From the NCBI GenBank assembly GCA_964016885.1, contig OZ024742.1, positions 241,180,001-241,244,000 on the forward strand: a stretch of DNA of 64,000 bases. The letters are read 5' to 3'. The position numbers and the translations under genes are program-made. Below the pieces are notes generated by a model. The model did not search any database. It was given only the letters and a program-made list of their open reading frames with translations, and had not been told where the DNA came from. Positions 26,313 through 40,106 of the stretch are shown here, one piece after another; within the stretch, counting starts at the first letter, position 1; each line of letters starts with the position of its first letter. This DNA comes from Eledone cirrhosa (taxonomy: Eukaryota).

Positions 26313-28488
26313 AGGAGCAGGGATTAGTGGAGGAGGCTGGATGCTAGTAGCTAGATATAGTAGGGGTTTCCTCAACAACGTTCTGTGGCTCTGATACTGT
26401 AGATTTGGATGGAGAATGGAAGCCCCACTATTCAGGCGTGGCACCAGAAATGATTGCATAGGTGAGAGTGAGGATACCCAGAAGCCCCTTGCTGTCAGAA
26501 TGTCTTATGGACAGGATCCCTTTTGGAGGGACGATTTGCCTCTTGAAGCTTAGGCTGAAATATAGGTCTCTGTGGGTGCTGAAAGTTTATGCACCAAACA
26601 AAGAGTCCAAACACAGATCTTTCCTTGATGAAGTCACTGCAGCGTTAGATGTAGTTAAGACTGAACACCTGACGTGGAAAGGAGTGAGTGGAAGGAATGG
26701 CGATCCCGATCTAAATACGAATTGAGAGGCCTTACTTTACTTCTGTTCTAGCAATGAACTCTCTATTATGAACACTTTCTTTCAGCACATAGACATCCAT
26801 AAATATACATGGTATCAGGGGAATCAGGGCTAGAGATCAATAATTGATTTTGTTATTGTCTCTGATCTCTTTGACTCTGTGTTGGATGTTCGTGCTAAGA
26901 GAGGATCTGAGATGTCAACTGATCACCATCTAGTTATCTGTAACTTGAGACTACCTAATGCCACAGAAGCCCACAAAACTGTTAGGTCAAGGGTGACCTA
27001 CAGGATAAGGTGGAAAGTATTGGTGGATAAGGAAGTCAGGACCAGGAATGCAGATACTATTGCATCCAAATTGAGAAAACTCTATGACCAAACTGAAGAC
27101 GTTGGAGATTGTTACATGCAGCAATTTCTGCTTCAGTTGTTAAATGTTGCGGGCGAAAGAGGCTTTGTGTAGCGCCTGATGGCATGAAGATCCCTTGGTT
27201 CAATCAAAAGGTCAAAGATGCCATCTGAGCAAAGAAGGAGGTTTACAAATATTGGCTTTGAAATAAGTTCTCCCTGCACTTGCAGTATAAGCAGGCACGA
27301 AAAGTCGCAGCAGAGACAGTAAAGGCTTCCAAAATTATGACATGAGAGAACATTCGGATTAGATTGGAATCCGACTTCAGATCAGCAAATAAAGTGTTCT
27401 GGCAGACCATCCATCGACCTCGTCCACACCTGCTATCAAGAACGCGTCTTAGGTTTTCCTTTCGTCAGAGCGGTGCATCTTCGCAAGTTGGAGAGAATAC
27501 TTTGCTGATCTCCTAAACCAGATGACAACAGTATCTTCTGATGTACACGAGGTGCATCTGAAAGGCAGTGACTAATCTCACAGGGGCAGATGCTACAAGT
27601 GAAGTTAAAGAGTCCAAATGATGAAATCCGGCCCGAGAGGTTAAAAGCCTTAAATAGAGATGGTATTCTCTGGCTGACATGTGTGTGCCGGGTGGCCTGG
27701 ATCTCTGGAAAGGCATAGGATTAATAATCCCAATTTTCAAAAAGGAAGACAAGAGAGATTTTTCCTATTACAGAGGGATCACTTTCTTAAATCTCCCTGG
27801 TAAAGTCTATGCTAAATGTTTGGCAAAGAGATGCAGGGAGATTGTAGAGTCCGAACTAGCTGTGCGATTTTCGCTCCGGACGCAGCACAGCCGACCAAAT
27901 ATTCACACTGCGGTAGGTCTTCGAGAAATCGTAGGAGTATAGCCAAGAAGTCTATTCTTGTTTTGTCGACCTTGAAAAGGCATATGACCACGTTCCTCAG
28001 GACCTAGCTTCTTGCTTCCCTGATGTCTCAATGTGAATGGAGTTCCACCGAAGCAGTTAGAGAAGTTCAAGTATCTCGGGTCGTGTTTACGAATGATGAA
28101 AGGCAGGAGGCTGGATTAAGTGCAAGAAATGCAGGAGATGGTTCAATAATACACCAAATTCAGCATTTGATAATTATAAGAAGAGTGTAAAAGCCAAACT
28201 TGCTATCTTTAATTCGGTATCCGTGGCAACACTTATCTATGATCATGAATCGTAGATACGGACCTTATCTATAGTCAAGAATCACAAATACAAGAGGCCA
28301 AAATGGGGTTCCCTCAAAGAGTCTTTGGAGTGAAATCAAAGGATAGTGTGCGTAGCTCAGAGATCAGAGAGTCATTCCTCTACTTCTCTGTATTGAGAGA
28401 TCACAGGCCCCATACTATGGGTGTGTGGTTAGAATGTTCCAAGAAAGAATCGCTCAAGAGATTTTTCGGGAAAAACAGACAGGGAGGA
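26313..28488 (+). mobile_element. RTE-clade LINE, degraded (endonuclease and RT)
   Basis: KVYAPN, NTFFQH..HKYTW, SIIDFVIVS, STDHHLV, IIPIFKK..YRGITFLNLPGKVYA, FVDLEKAYDHVP, EKFKYLG. Confidence 0.88.
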
Positions 28489-28710
28489 TATATATATATA
28501 TATATATACAAATATAATTTCAGCGACATCGTATTTCGGTGGTGGCCAAAACAAAACGAAACGCAATCTTCGAGATAGCCGGCAAGCGCTCAATGAACTA
28601 TGAAGAAGCGAGAGCAGTTAACATGCGTTATAAAGACCAGACACATTGAAAACAGTGGTTGTAAAATCACGGGCCACGGGAGCCGAAAAAAGGAACAAGC
28701 TAAACAGGTT

Positions 28711-28749
<39 letters not shown>

Positions 28750-28794
28750 GAAAATAAACCAAAGAAGCCTTCAATACATCAAAAGTCTTTATTA

Positions 28795-28832
28795 GCCAAC
28801 AATGTTTCGTCCTATTAAGGACTCATCAGGGC
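28795..28832 (-). ncRNA. Minimal type I hammerhead (mirror of 32278)
   Basis: Reverse complement of 32278-32315. Confidence 0.85.
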
Positions 28833-30666
28833 AATTAAAGCTATAAGAAGCACTATCAGCCAATACACGCCGAAAACTCAGAAGAATATGGAGTGTACAT
28901 AGATTAAATCATAGGAAAATAATCGGGTAAAAATTATCAAGTAAAAAATTATCAAGTGAAAATTACTAAGGAAGTAAGTAACATTTAGAACCATATTACA
29001 AATATAGTCCAATGCAAAAACTAGAGCTAAAACAGAGGTGGTGATATAGAGCGGGAATTATTGTACTATATATAATATAATATAATATAATATAATATAA
29101 TATAATATAATATAATATAATATAATATAATATAATATAATATAATTAATAATGATAATAATAATAATGTTAATGTTAAAAGGCCCAATATACATATATA
29201 TATATATACATATGTACACATATATACATATATATCAATACACATTTCCATCAATAGAAGCACAAACTAACCCTTATTAAGAGTTTAAATATAAATAAGA
29301 ATAATAATAATAAAAATAAAAATAAAAATACAAATGAAAATAAAATTAAAATATAATACATATAATATTTACAGTATAAAATGAAGAATAAATGATTAAA
29401 AGTAAGCATAAAATATATATAATAAACTATATAATTATATAATAGATAATCTCCGGTTAATTTGCACAAACAATATAAATGTTACAATAACACTAAAATC
29501 ACAATATTATAATATAATGGCATATAACTTAACAAATCATATAGATTTACAGTCCGGGTGAGAAAAAATATTGTACAGAACTAAATTATATTGGAAAAAT
29601 TATGTTGGAAAAATATCAAAACCATTGCAAGAAAATAGATCAAATTTCTATACAGTTGGTGTAAATAAATATTATTCAAACATTACAAGAATTATAAAAA
29701 TATAAACATATTACAGGATTTACAGAATTTAACATAACATAATGGTACATTTAATAATCGGTAAATAATAATGATCAGTAGTACGTTTACAAAGAGTGGA
29801 ATGATATAAAATTTCAATATAAAATATTGAACATAGTATAATATACATAATTACATGGTTGGTGAAGATACATTTGTGAATAAGTGAATGAGAGCCAGAC
29901 AGACAGACTACGCACGGTAGTATATATAAATAAATACAATCAACCGGAAATCGAAAAACAAAAACAAAAGTATTTACTTAGGTGTCGCATGCAGTTAAGT
30001 AAAAAATTTAGGAAACAAACCCGGATAAATGACTAGAAAACCCTATTAAATTAATTAATATTGAAAGTACTTAAAATACATAATAAGTCCATATAAAATT
30101 AGCTAAGGTTTAAGTAATCAAAATCCACGAATTTAAAGAAAACTATAAAAATATATCTGGAAAAAATGAAATATTCAACTATCAGTTGAATAACGTTATC
30201 TAATAAACAGACTTTAAATAGAGTTATGGTAGGCCAATGGGGACAGAAAAGAGAAATGTATGGAGGATATGAAAGAGCATAAAATCATAATCAACATACT
30301 GTATTATACAATAGAAAGGAGCGTAAAAGGGAATTAGATATAATTATAGTATATTTGAAGGGGCGAGTGACAAGTATGTATGTGTGTGTGTGGGGGGGGG
30401 GGGGGGGGTAGTTATCCAAAGAAGAATCCAAATAAAATAAAATAGAATAATATAAAATAAAATAAAATATATAATCAGATATAAACTCATAAGGTGTTAA
30501 TAGTGAAAATATAATATTTAAGAAGATAGAAATGGTATAGTAGCCAAAAGATTATGAGAGCTAGAATGAAAAGTTGTCAAAAACCAATGATAATAATGAT
30601 GATAATAATGGTGGTAAACAAAAAGAACCTAAACTTAAAAAAAAAATAAGTAATGGAATATATCAG

Positions 30667-32080
30667 CTAATGGATACAATTTACACTACTAGAACCTTTA
30701 GGTTTATAATAAAAGTAAGAATTAGAAATAGCGTGGGGGCAAGAAGAGAATATCTCAGACTTTCTATTAAGTAAGGTTTCCCTAGAGAAAATTATAGAGT
30801 GTGTCTCGAGGATACAGAGATTACAAAATTTAGTATGTGTAGAAAGGTTATTAGAGCGTGCTACTATACGCCAACTAAGGCTATATGGTATATTAGCCCC
30901 CTTAAGATCCCAGATATGGTGTGCTAAAGAAGTAGAATTCTTAAACTTAACATGTTTAAAATTAGAGATATGAGAATTAAACCTAGTCTTAACAGTGTTA
31001 GATGTAGAGCCTATATACGTGCTATTAAAAGAATTAGTTTTAACCACACAAGCATAAACGATGTTCTTAGAGAGGCAGTTACCGTTTAAAGGGCAGTTAG
31101 CACTCACTCTACAGTTACACTTCCGGGTGTTATTGATCGGCTGAAGTACTGATACATCGCACGTAGGATTACTATGAGATAAAGTCTGCTCTGGTGGTAA
31201 GGCATTTACGGATCTATTCTGACTAGTAGCACGTAGCGAGGACTATCCATCCCTAATTTTCCCATTGTTAGTGCTAGCTAAATGAGAACTAATATTAGGG
31301 GTGGTAGAGAATGAAAGTTTAATTACATTTTTATTAAAAATACTATGGTATTTATTAGTAGGAGGGAAGTTTTTCTCTAAGATAGAAAAGAAAGACCTAT
31401 GGATGTTAGTTAATACTTCCTGATTATATGGCGGGTTAAAATAAGTATTTAGTCTCCTTCTATTTTTATCCTTACCAACTCTACCGTTATCTAATGTCCC
31501 ATTATTAAGATTTGGGTTACTACAAGGATTATTTAAAACCACATTACTAGAATCAGCCGAAACTCGATTAAGTCTCTTTCTGTTTCTACCTCTAGTATAT
31601 TTGCCGCCATCTGGAGTCATATCAAAAGGATTAGGGCCAATAATAGGATCAGTAGAAACAACATTATTAGAATTAGGTATATCAAAAGTATTACCAATGT
31701 GTGAGCGCTCAGAGGGCTCGACTTGATTCCTAGAAGTATTAGATTCTCTGCTACGAGTCCGGTGGCTTAACCCATGGATGGGTTCAGATACACCTATGTG
31801 ATTTCTACGATTCTTATGCTTTCTACTCCCATTCATGGCCATATTATGGGATATTATGTTATTATTATTATAAGTAAGCGGAGACTTTCTAAGGTTACTA
31901 TTATTATAATGTATTTTACCAGAGTAACCTGAGTTAGCTAGGGCATTATTATAGTACTCTGCATGTTCATGAAATGTTCCTACGTCTTTAGAGAGTGTGG
32001 AAATCCTATTAGATACACCATTAATTATAGAGCGTATCATAGATTTGGGGTGGTTAGAATTTGGACTAACATAAGAGAGT
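30667..32080 (-). pseudogene. PLE RT C-terminus, long linker and GIY-YIG; one in-frame TAG at 31243-31245
   Basis: SYVSPNSNHP, YYNNAL..SGY, YFNPPYN, KLSFSTTPNI, CNC..CPLNGNCL, IVY..YIGST, CNLCILE, LLNRKSE..CPH; listed ORFs 31243-32154 and 30667-31107 share a frame. Confidence 0.9.
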
Positions 32081-32277
32081 AATGGACTATATTTGCATTG
32101 GTATATATTTGTAATATGGTTCAAAATGTTACTTACTTCCTTAGCAATTTCCACTTGATAATTTTTTACTTGATAATTTTTACCCGATTATTTTCCTATG
32201 ATTTAATCTATGTACACTCCATATTCTTCTGAGTTTTCGGCTTGTATTGGCTGATAGTGCTTCTTATAGCTTTAATT

Positions 32278-32315
32278 GCCCTGATGAGTCCTTAATAGGA
32301 CGAAACATTGTTGGC
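32278..32315 (+). ncRNA. Minimal type I hammerhead ribozyme in the PLE terminal repeat
   Basis: GCC-CTGATGA-GTCC ttaata GGAC-GAAA-C att G-TT-GGC. Confidence 0.88.
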
Positions 32316-32463
32316 TAATAAAGACTTTTGATGTATTGAAGGCTCCTTTGGTTTATTTTCATAATTCTTCGGCTTTGTTTAATTACATTGAGCTATACCT
32401 TTACTGTCATTTCTATAATACGAAGAGGGTGTTTAACTCCAACACACTCTAGTATTTCAATTC

Positions 32464-32544
<81 letters not shown>

Positions 32545-33281
32545 TTATCATAATTTGTCTGAGAAAATAACAGAAAAAAAACAAAAACATCACGATGAAA
32601 ATATACACGTGATCACATATAATGTATATCAATATATGAAGTGTACAAGGAATAAAATGTATGAAGCTTCATTTTCATAGTATTTTTATGGTATTTCAGC
32701 TCCATCGTATTGACAGAAAATGGGCAGGTGAATCGAATGAAATTCTAGTAGCGAATTCTCATTGAAACTATGTCTGTTCTCCTAAGACTAACACCTAAAC
32801 CAGCTATGGTATGTTGAAAACTCTTTGAAGAGTTAAAGGAAAGTTACTCAATTAGAATTTATTTGGATCAGTTATATTTTGTAACGGAAACAAAATAGCG
32901 TAAGATAACTATAGATGAATGCCCAGCCTCAGTGAGTGAAGCTAGCATAAAAGATCGGATCGGATATGCGGAAAGAAACATTTAAGATATTGTTTGTTCT
33001 ATCCAGATGTAAATTTTATTATTAGTGAGAATATAACATAAAATGTGTGGTGTTGTTTCTAAATAGTGATGAGGTGTTTTCAGAGAAGTATTTAACAACT
33101 GAATAGTCTTTTAGTTAAGTTGAGTTTAATGTAAATTTACTAAGGATTTATACTAAAAATGAGATCAAAGTTTCATAACTGATTCATCTTAATCGGAACT
33201 ATTCTATTAAATGCGGGAATATGAAAGATGTACGAACTAGTAATATTTTAAAGACTGAATTTAAACTAATATTTGTTTAAT
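32545..33281. repeat. About 737-bp direct repeat, second copy at 58900-59636
   Basis: Long near-identical colinear match read directly. Confidence 0.92.
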
Positions 33282-34165
33282 GACTGGCGTTGTTTATAAT
33301 CTGTACACATAGATGTATTAACACTTCTTTTCATATCGACTTTTAGGCAAATGAATAGCCTGCTAGAACAATATATATTTTGTATTTTTTTCGATTAAGT
33401 CGAACACTAATTATTCTACCTGGTGTTATATACTGAAGTATTGTTGAAACATTACAGAAGACTGTCATGTGTTAAGCAGAAAATCTTTTTCTATACAAAA
33501 CTTGAAAAGAAATCTCCTTAAAACTTTAGGTTGAAACACATACTATATTTTATGCATTGTTATCTAAGTTTCATTTCTATATATTATAAGTGTCAAAATA
33601 CGTTTTCACCTGACAGATCTATCGTCTACAAATTTTACTTCTCCGCCTAAAGATATATGCAACATCTGTCTGAAGTATAAGCACTGTTTGGTTATTATTT
33701 TACGATGGAACTTAGATTATCCTAAATGAATCTGAACTTTTCTTCTATTAACTATAGAATACTATTTTAAGTGAAAGTAGGGCTTTGTGTGGTAAGAGGG
33801 ATTTCAGTTGCGAATGTTTTACTGTGATGGCTGTCACAATCAGTCATAGCCGACACGGACTGGAATCGAATTCTGTCGATCCATTGGTTATTGATTAGGC
33901 GAAACCCGCTGATAAAGCCACATGCGCAGATTGTGCATTGTTGCATAATAAATGCAGACTGTGGATGCTGTAAACTCTATTTCTGCATTATGTGTGGCTG
34001 AAACTCGAGTACGGGTATAGTATGAAGGTACCCATTAACGTGTGTTGTATTGAAGCGAATAACTATTTGTCTACTCTGGGAGTTTATATAACATTACTTA
34101 TTGAGTACGCTGAGATGCAACCAGTGCTAGCAGTGAAAATCATGTGCTAGTCCCATCAACTTATC

Positions 34166-34268
<103 letters not shown>

Positions 34269-34279
34269 GAACAGATTAA

Positions 34280-34330
34280 AGTTTTAGCAAAGAATCGCTG
34301 CTTTCACCCTTAACGGGATCTTCTGAAACT
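34280..34330 (-). ncRNA. Hammerhead variant, CAGAAGA core (family B)
   Basis: AGTTT-CAGAAGA-TCCC gttaa GGGT-GAAA-GCA..TGC-TA-AAACT. Confidence 0.68.
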
Positions 34331-35214
34331 AAAACAAATCAATATGTGAATGCAGCAGTAAATATTTCTAAAAACGTTGCAACCGAAGGAAGACAGGAAG
34401 ACGATACTTTGGTTCGTGGAAACGTTCGATGGCAAAGAACGGGGAAAACGAGGATAATACGTCGTTATTTGGGGCGTGGGAACCATTACATGCAAAGACA
34501 AAACCACGTTTATGGTATAAATGAAGTCGTAGACTAATATTCTATTTGGGTGGTTCGTGGAGACGTTCGATGGCAATGAACGGAAAAAACGAAGATAATA
34601 CGTCATATGTGGAGCGATGAGAACAATTACACGCAAAGACAAAAGTACGTTTATGGTATAAATGAAGTCGTAGACTAAAATTCTATTTAGGAAACCGAAT
34701 GATTCTCGGATTCAGAGTTAAGAATAAAGTAAATAAATTAGAGGTTATTGAAATCAACAAAAATTAAATATATACATGCACGCATCCATATACGTACAGA
34801 CACATGCATACGCGAAAACACCTGCCATGGGTATGCAAATACAAGCACGTACACAAACACACGCGCACACATACCTACAGGTAAATACACATATGTTTGC
34901 TAAACTACGTCAACCAAAACACAAAGTACACATATACACACACCCTACATACGTGCGAACCCGCATACTCACACAATTTGCTTGTATATGTTATATGCGT
35001 TTATATTATATTATATATACTGGTACATGTGTATATGTGAGTTTTACGTTTGTAAGAGTATGCGGGTTCGCACGTATGTAGGGTGTGTGTATATGTGTAC
35101 TTTGTGTTTTGGTTGACGTAAGTTTAGCGAACATATGTGTATGTGTGTGCGCGCGTTATATACGTATTTATGTGTGTATATTTATATACGTTTATATAAT
35201 TATTTGTATACACG

Positions 35215-35247
<33 letters not shown>

Positions 35248-35822
35248 TTTTATATATATTTGTATGTGCATTTGGTGTATACGTTCGTATGTGTGCAGAT
35301 ACAGGCGTTGCGTGGGTTCTGTATGTGCTTGTATTTACAAACCCATGGCGGGTGTTTTCGCGTATGCATGTGTATGTACGTATATAGATGGGTGCATGTA
35401 TATATTTAATTATTGATGATTTCAATAACCTCTGTAATTTATTTACATCATTCTTAACTCTGAAGCCGAGGAACATTCGGTTTCCTAGATAGAATTTTAG
35501 TCTTTTTTTTTTTTTTTTTGTAATTGTTCTCATCGCTTCACATATGACGTATTATCTTCGTTTTTTCCGTCCATTGCCAGGAAACGTCTCCACGAACCAC
35601 CTAAATAGAACATTAGTCTAGGATTTTATTTATACCATAAACGTGGTTTTGTCTTTTCATGTAATGGTTCCCACCGTTCCAAATAATGACGTATTATCCT
35701 CGTTTTTTTCTCGTTCTTTGCCGGGGAACGTCTCCACGAACCAAAGTCTCGTCTTCCTGTCTTCCTTCGGTTGCAACGTTTTTCAAAATATTTACTTCTG
35801 CGTTCACAGATTGATTTGTTTT

Positions 35823-35873
35823 AGTTTCAGAAGATCTCGTTAAGGGTGAAAGCAGCGATTCTTTGCTTAAACT
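35823..35873 (+). ncRNA. Hammerhead variant, CAGAAGA core (family B)
   Basis: AGTTT-CAGAAGA-TCTC gttaa GGGT-GAAA-GCA..TGC-TT-AAACT. Confidence 0.65.
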
Positions 35874-35901
35874 TTAATCTGTTATTTTAATAAATAAATA
35901 A

Positions 35902-36006
<105 letters not shown>

Positions 36007-36057
36007 CATATATATTATAAATGTTTATATAAATATATATCATATACTAAATATATA

Positions 36058-37930
36058 CTGTGTCAAAAGTATGCCCGGAAAATAAGTTGCTGTCCGAAAT
36101 CAGGTCATTCCTGGTCAAGATAAACTATGACCAAAGGTTTTCTAACATTTACTATAGTGTTTGTATTTTTTTTTCTCTTCCACCCACACACGCCAGCCAC
36201 CCACCCCTGGTGCTGCACGGCGCCCAGTCCCCGGCCCCACGCCACATCCCCCACCCCTCCAAGCCGACACCTGCAGCATTTGCAGCACCACTAACAAACG
36301 GAAGAGGAACCGGAACTGTTTGGGGTGCGGCTGCTTCCACCACCTCACCTGCGTTCGCTTGACTCGTCGAGCTTCCAATGCCCTCGCAGCGTGGAGGTGC
36401 AGGAGCTGCTTCTTCCCCACGTATTCCCAGCCACGGCCGTCTGGCACACCACCAGATGGGACAGCGAGCTTGCCTGACGCACGAGCCTCGCTGGTCAACA
36501 TCGCTCGGCTTAGGCGGCTCTGGAAGATCCCACTCAGGATCCCGAGAGCGGCACGGGTGCCGGTAGCTGATGCCCTCGCTTCCTCGAGATAGAGCGCCCT
36601 GGACTCCAATCGAACCAGTGACTGGGAGCGGCTGTTCTATTTCGCCCCACTCGCCCTCGGCCTCCCCAGCTCTGGCGCTGACCGAGGCGGCCAATCAACA
36701 GCAGCCTTCGCCAAGGCTAATGTCCCGTCCTTTGGGCGAGCGCCCATTCCAAGCGTGTTCAGAGACGCCACACACGCCACCCTCAGGTACCCCCTATCCT
36801 CCATCCCCGAGGCCAGCGCCAACCGTTTGCGTGACCAGATAAACGCCAAGCTTATCATGGGTCATGTCTCGGCCGCAGTCAGAGTTGTTGCCTCAGAGGA
36901 CACTGTCCTCCAACCCACCGAGGAGGTCCTGGTTGCTCTGCGACTCAAACACCCTGAGCCACCCACTGATCTTAGAGACCCATACCCTCACCCGACCCAC
37001 ACTTGCTCCTAGTGGCTACTGATGCAGACATCATGTCCGTCATCAGGTCCTTCCGAGCTAGCAGCTGCAGAGGTGTTGATGGTCTCCGACCAGGCCACCT
37101 CAAGGAGTTGACATCCCCTCTCTCCGTTGAGGCCGGGCGCCGCCTTCTGAGTGCAATTGTGGCGCTCACTAAAAGGTTCATCCATGGTGCCCTGGACCCT
37201 TACGCCCGAGGCCTCTTTTTTTCGGCCAGCCTCACCGCTCTCAGGAAGAACGAGGGTGGCATACGCCCCATTGCTGTGGGCAATGTCTTCCGGAGGCTGG
37301 CTGCCAAGGTGATCTGAAAGTCCGTAACACACGAACTGGGTGAGGAGTTTAGTCCGGTGCAACTGGATGTCGGCGTGTCCGGTGGCTGTGAGGGGGCTGC
37401 TCATGCAACCTGGCAGTTCTTCAACAGCTGCCCAACGGAACCGGCATCCAGGGACTCCAGGCACCTCATTGTCAAGCTTGACATGAGGAATGCCTTCAAC
37501 TCTTTACGCTGGGATCATCTGCTCGAGGCCTGCTTCAGCCGAGCCCCCTCTGCCTACCCATTAGTCTACCTGTCATATAATGTCTGTACATCCTTGCTAC
37601 TCATACGGTCATACCCTCGGCTACTGGGGTCCAACAGGGCGACCCTTTGGGACGCCTCCTGTTCGCCCTTGGTATTGACCACATCGCCCGGAGTATCACG
37701 GCCCCTCTCAACGTTTGGTATCTGGATGATGCTACGTTGAGCGGGCCCGTACGGATGGTCTGCCATGACCTTCAATCGGTGGTTCCTGCCCTGGCGAGAA
37801 TCGGCCTCTGTCTTGGACGTGCGGTCCATTCTCCGCCAGGTTCAGGTGACCCCAAAGAGGATTTCCTCATCCTCGAGTCACCGATTCACCCACCGGCCAT
37901 CCGCTCCACCATCAGGTCCAGGCTTCAACA
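36058..37930 (+). mobile_element. CRE-like non-LTR retrotransposon, 5' part (PHD finger and RT), disrupted and 3'-truncated
   Basis: CSIC..CLGC..FHHLTC..WRCRSC; GVDGLRPGHL, GGIRPIAVGNVFRRL, GVSGGCEGAAHA, KLDMRNAFNSL, GVQQGDPLG, WYLDD. Confidence 0.85.
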
Positions 37931-38731
37931 TGCTTATTTAGGAATACATCAACCAATGACCCTTTTATTTTTTTATTTACTGCAAAAGTAAAGATAGGAT
38001 TTGAGGGACACGAAGTTTCAATTGCCGGTGATCAATTGTCGAGTAGTCAAAAATAAAACATATGCATCTAGAAATTGTTTTATTTATAACATATTTATGT
38101 TATAATTCTATATCATGTTTGCTGCCTTACTGTATGATTACATATGTTCTACAGATGTGCGTGTGTTGTATATATGAGTCTTGTTAAACTCCACCCCGTA
38201 CATATAAATATATAAACATATAATGTCTGTACATTTTTGCTAACAGATATGTTGTAGATACGATTGCATGTATATGAATGTATTATCATTCATACTGGTG
38301 CTTTAATCGAGATTTCACGTTTGCTGAAAGTCTGTAGATTGTGAGCCCAATTCTTTCCTTCCTTGAAGTAAAATACCAGGACTAACACTACCACATTACT
38401 ACTACTCTACTATCAATTAATATCAAAGAAGTAGATCTCACTTACCTCCCACACTCATCAACCATATCTGCGCTAAAGCCACCACCACTTGACTATTTTG
38501 TACAGCGAGCTAGTCAGGGACCCATGCTACGATAGCAGACCACCTACGTGTAACTGTAATGAAAGAAAGGGATTTTAAGGACTTCTGACAGCTTTGATTT
38601 TTTATTTTGTTGATGTTGCAGCTCCACCTATTTTTCAAAACATATATATACAACAAGCTTTATATTTAAATAGACACATAGCCTTTATGTTATATATATA
38701 TTTTGTTTTCAAGTAATATCTTTATCTACTA

Positions 38732-39240
38732 CTAGCAGAGTTACCCGGCGTTGCTCGGGTATTAAATAGCAGTTATGTATACCATTTATGTCAATACTTC
38801 AGTGCTGCTTCGAAAACTATACTTTTACAAAATCATCGGCTTTTTCCAAAAGGGGATTCCTGCCCCCAGGGGTCCCCTACTCAATATGTGCCAATTCTGA
38901 GAGTTCACATTCATCTGTAGAACAAACGTAGCCCATGTTTCAAGTTTTGTGAAAATCGGTTGCGAACTCCAAAAGTTATGACGTTTTGTTGCATTGCACT
39001 GCAGTGCTTCAGTCGACTCCAAGGAAGCGGTTAAAGGGGTTATCTGCCGGGAGGCCCTATAATCAATATCTGGAAAAATGAAAGTGCCCATGATCATCCG
39101 GTGTACATAAGTAACCTATGTCTTAAGTTTGGTGAAAATACTGTAGAAATGCAAAAGGTTTACACACACACACGCGCGTGCGTTTGTGTGTGTGTGTGGG
39201 TATGTATTTGTGTGTGCGTATGTATATGTATGTGTATGTC
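38732..39240 (-). mobile_element. Non-autonomous Helitron-like element (5' end uncertain)
   Basis: Minus-strand 3' end: hairpin cccgagcaacgccggg then CTAG|T. Confidence 0.65.
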
Positions 39241-39667
39241 CGTCGGCGCATACGTATGTACTGGCCTAAATCTTCACTATTTACTTTTACTATTTTAATA
39301 ACCTCTGTCAATTTCGTTTTCAATTTTATTTACATAATTCTTAAACTCCGGGGCTGGAAATCATTCTCTTATTTTAAATAGAATATTAGTCTAGAGATGC
39401 TTTGTACGGCTTTTGGAGGAAGGAGTGACCAGCAGTATGTTGTTCGGTATTATTACGAACAGGTGTAGCAGAGAATCCCGCGTGAACTAACAGCTCGGGG
39501 GGAAACTGCTTACCTCGAAGATTCATTCGCCATCGTTCTTGTCAACGCTCCGTTTACTTGGTATTTGTTGGTCTACAGCTAGATGAATGGCACACAAAGG
39601 GTTAATGTTTGTTCGCAAGAAGTTTTTTGAATAATAAAAGACGGGTTAAAGCGTCCCACAATGTATC

Positions 39668-39710
<43 letters not shown>

Positions 39711-39713
<3 letters not shown>

Positions 39714-40106
39714 AAGAAATTAAAAGATGGTTAAAAATGTTCCATATATTTTATAATGCGCATTTCAAAAACAAATATCATCCTGGGACGATAGTTGCGT
39801 TCTCATCAGATAATATAAGGTAACATGATATGATGCCTAAAAAAACACTTGTGTTGACTAGACACTTTCTTGTTCACAAGTGTTTTTTTAGGCATCATAT
39901 CATGTTACCTTATTTTATCTGATGAGAAACGCAACTATCGTCACAGGATGATATTTGGTTTTGAAATGCGCATAATAAAATATATAGAACTTTTTTAACC
40001 ATCTTTTAATTTCTTCTTATATATACTCCAGTTCAATAAACTGTTGAGTGCTACTTATCCGATATATACATAGTTTTATTGTTCTACAATAAAACTCACC
40101 TCCTAC

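Larger units (their letters stand above)
28748..32465 (-). mobile_element. Naiad-like PLE with inverted terminal repeats 28748-29017 and 32092-32362 and a 3' tail 32363-32465
   Basis: About 270-bp near-identical inverted arms; (TA)n on both sides; minus-strand RT thumb and GIY-YIG. Confidence 0.92.

Noticed and set aside
31243-31245. In-frame stop in a Naiad-like ORF as possible selenocysteine recoding (reported for some Naiads)
   Set aside because: The stop is TAG, not TGA, and is not at a conserved Cys; the CNC/CPL cysteines in all three copies use normal codons.
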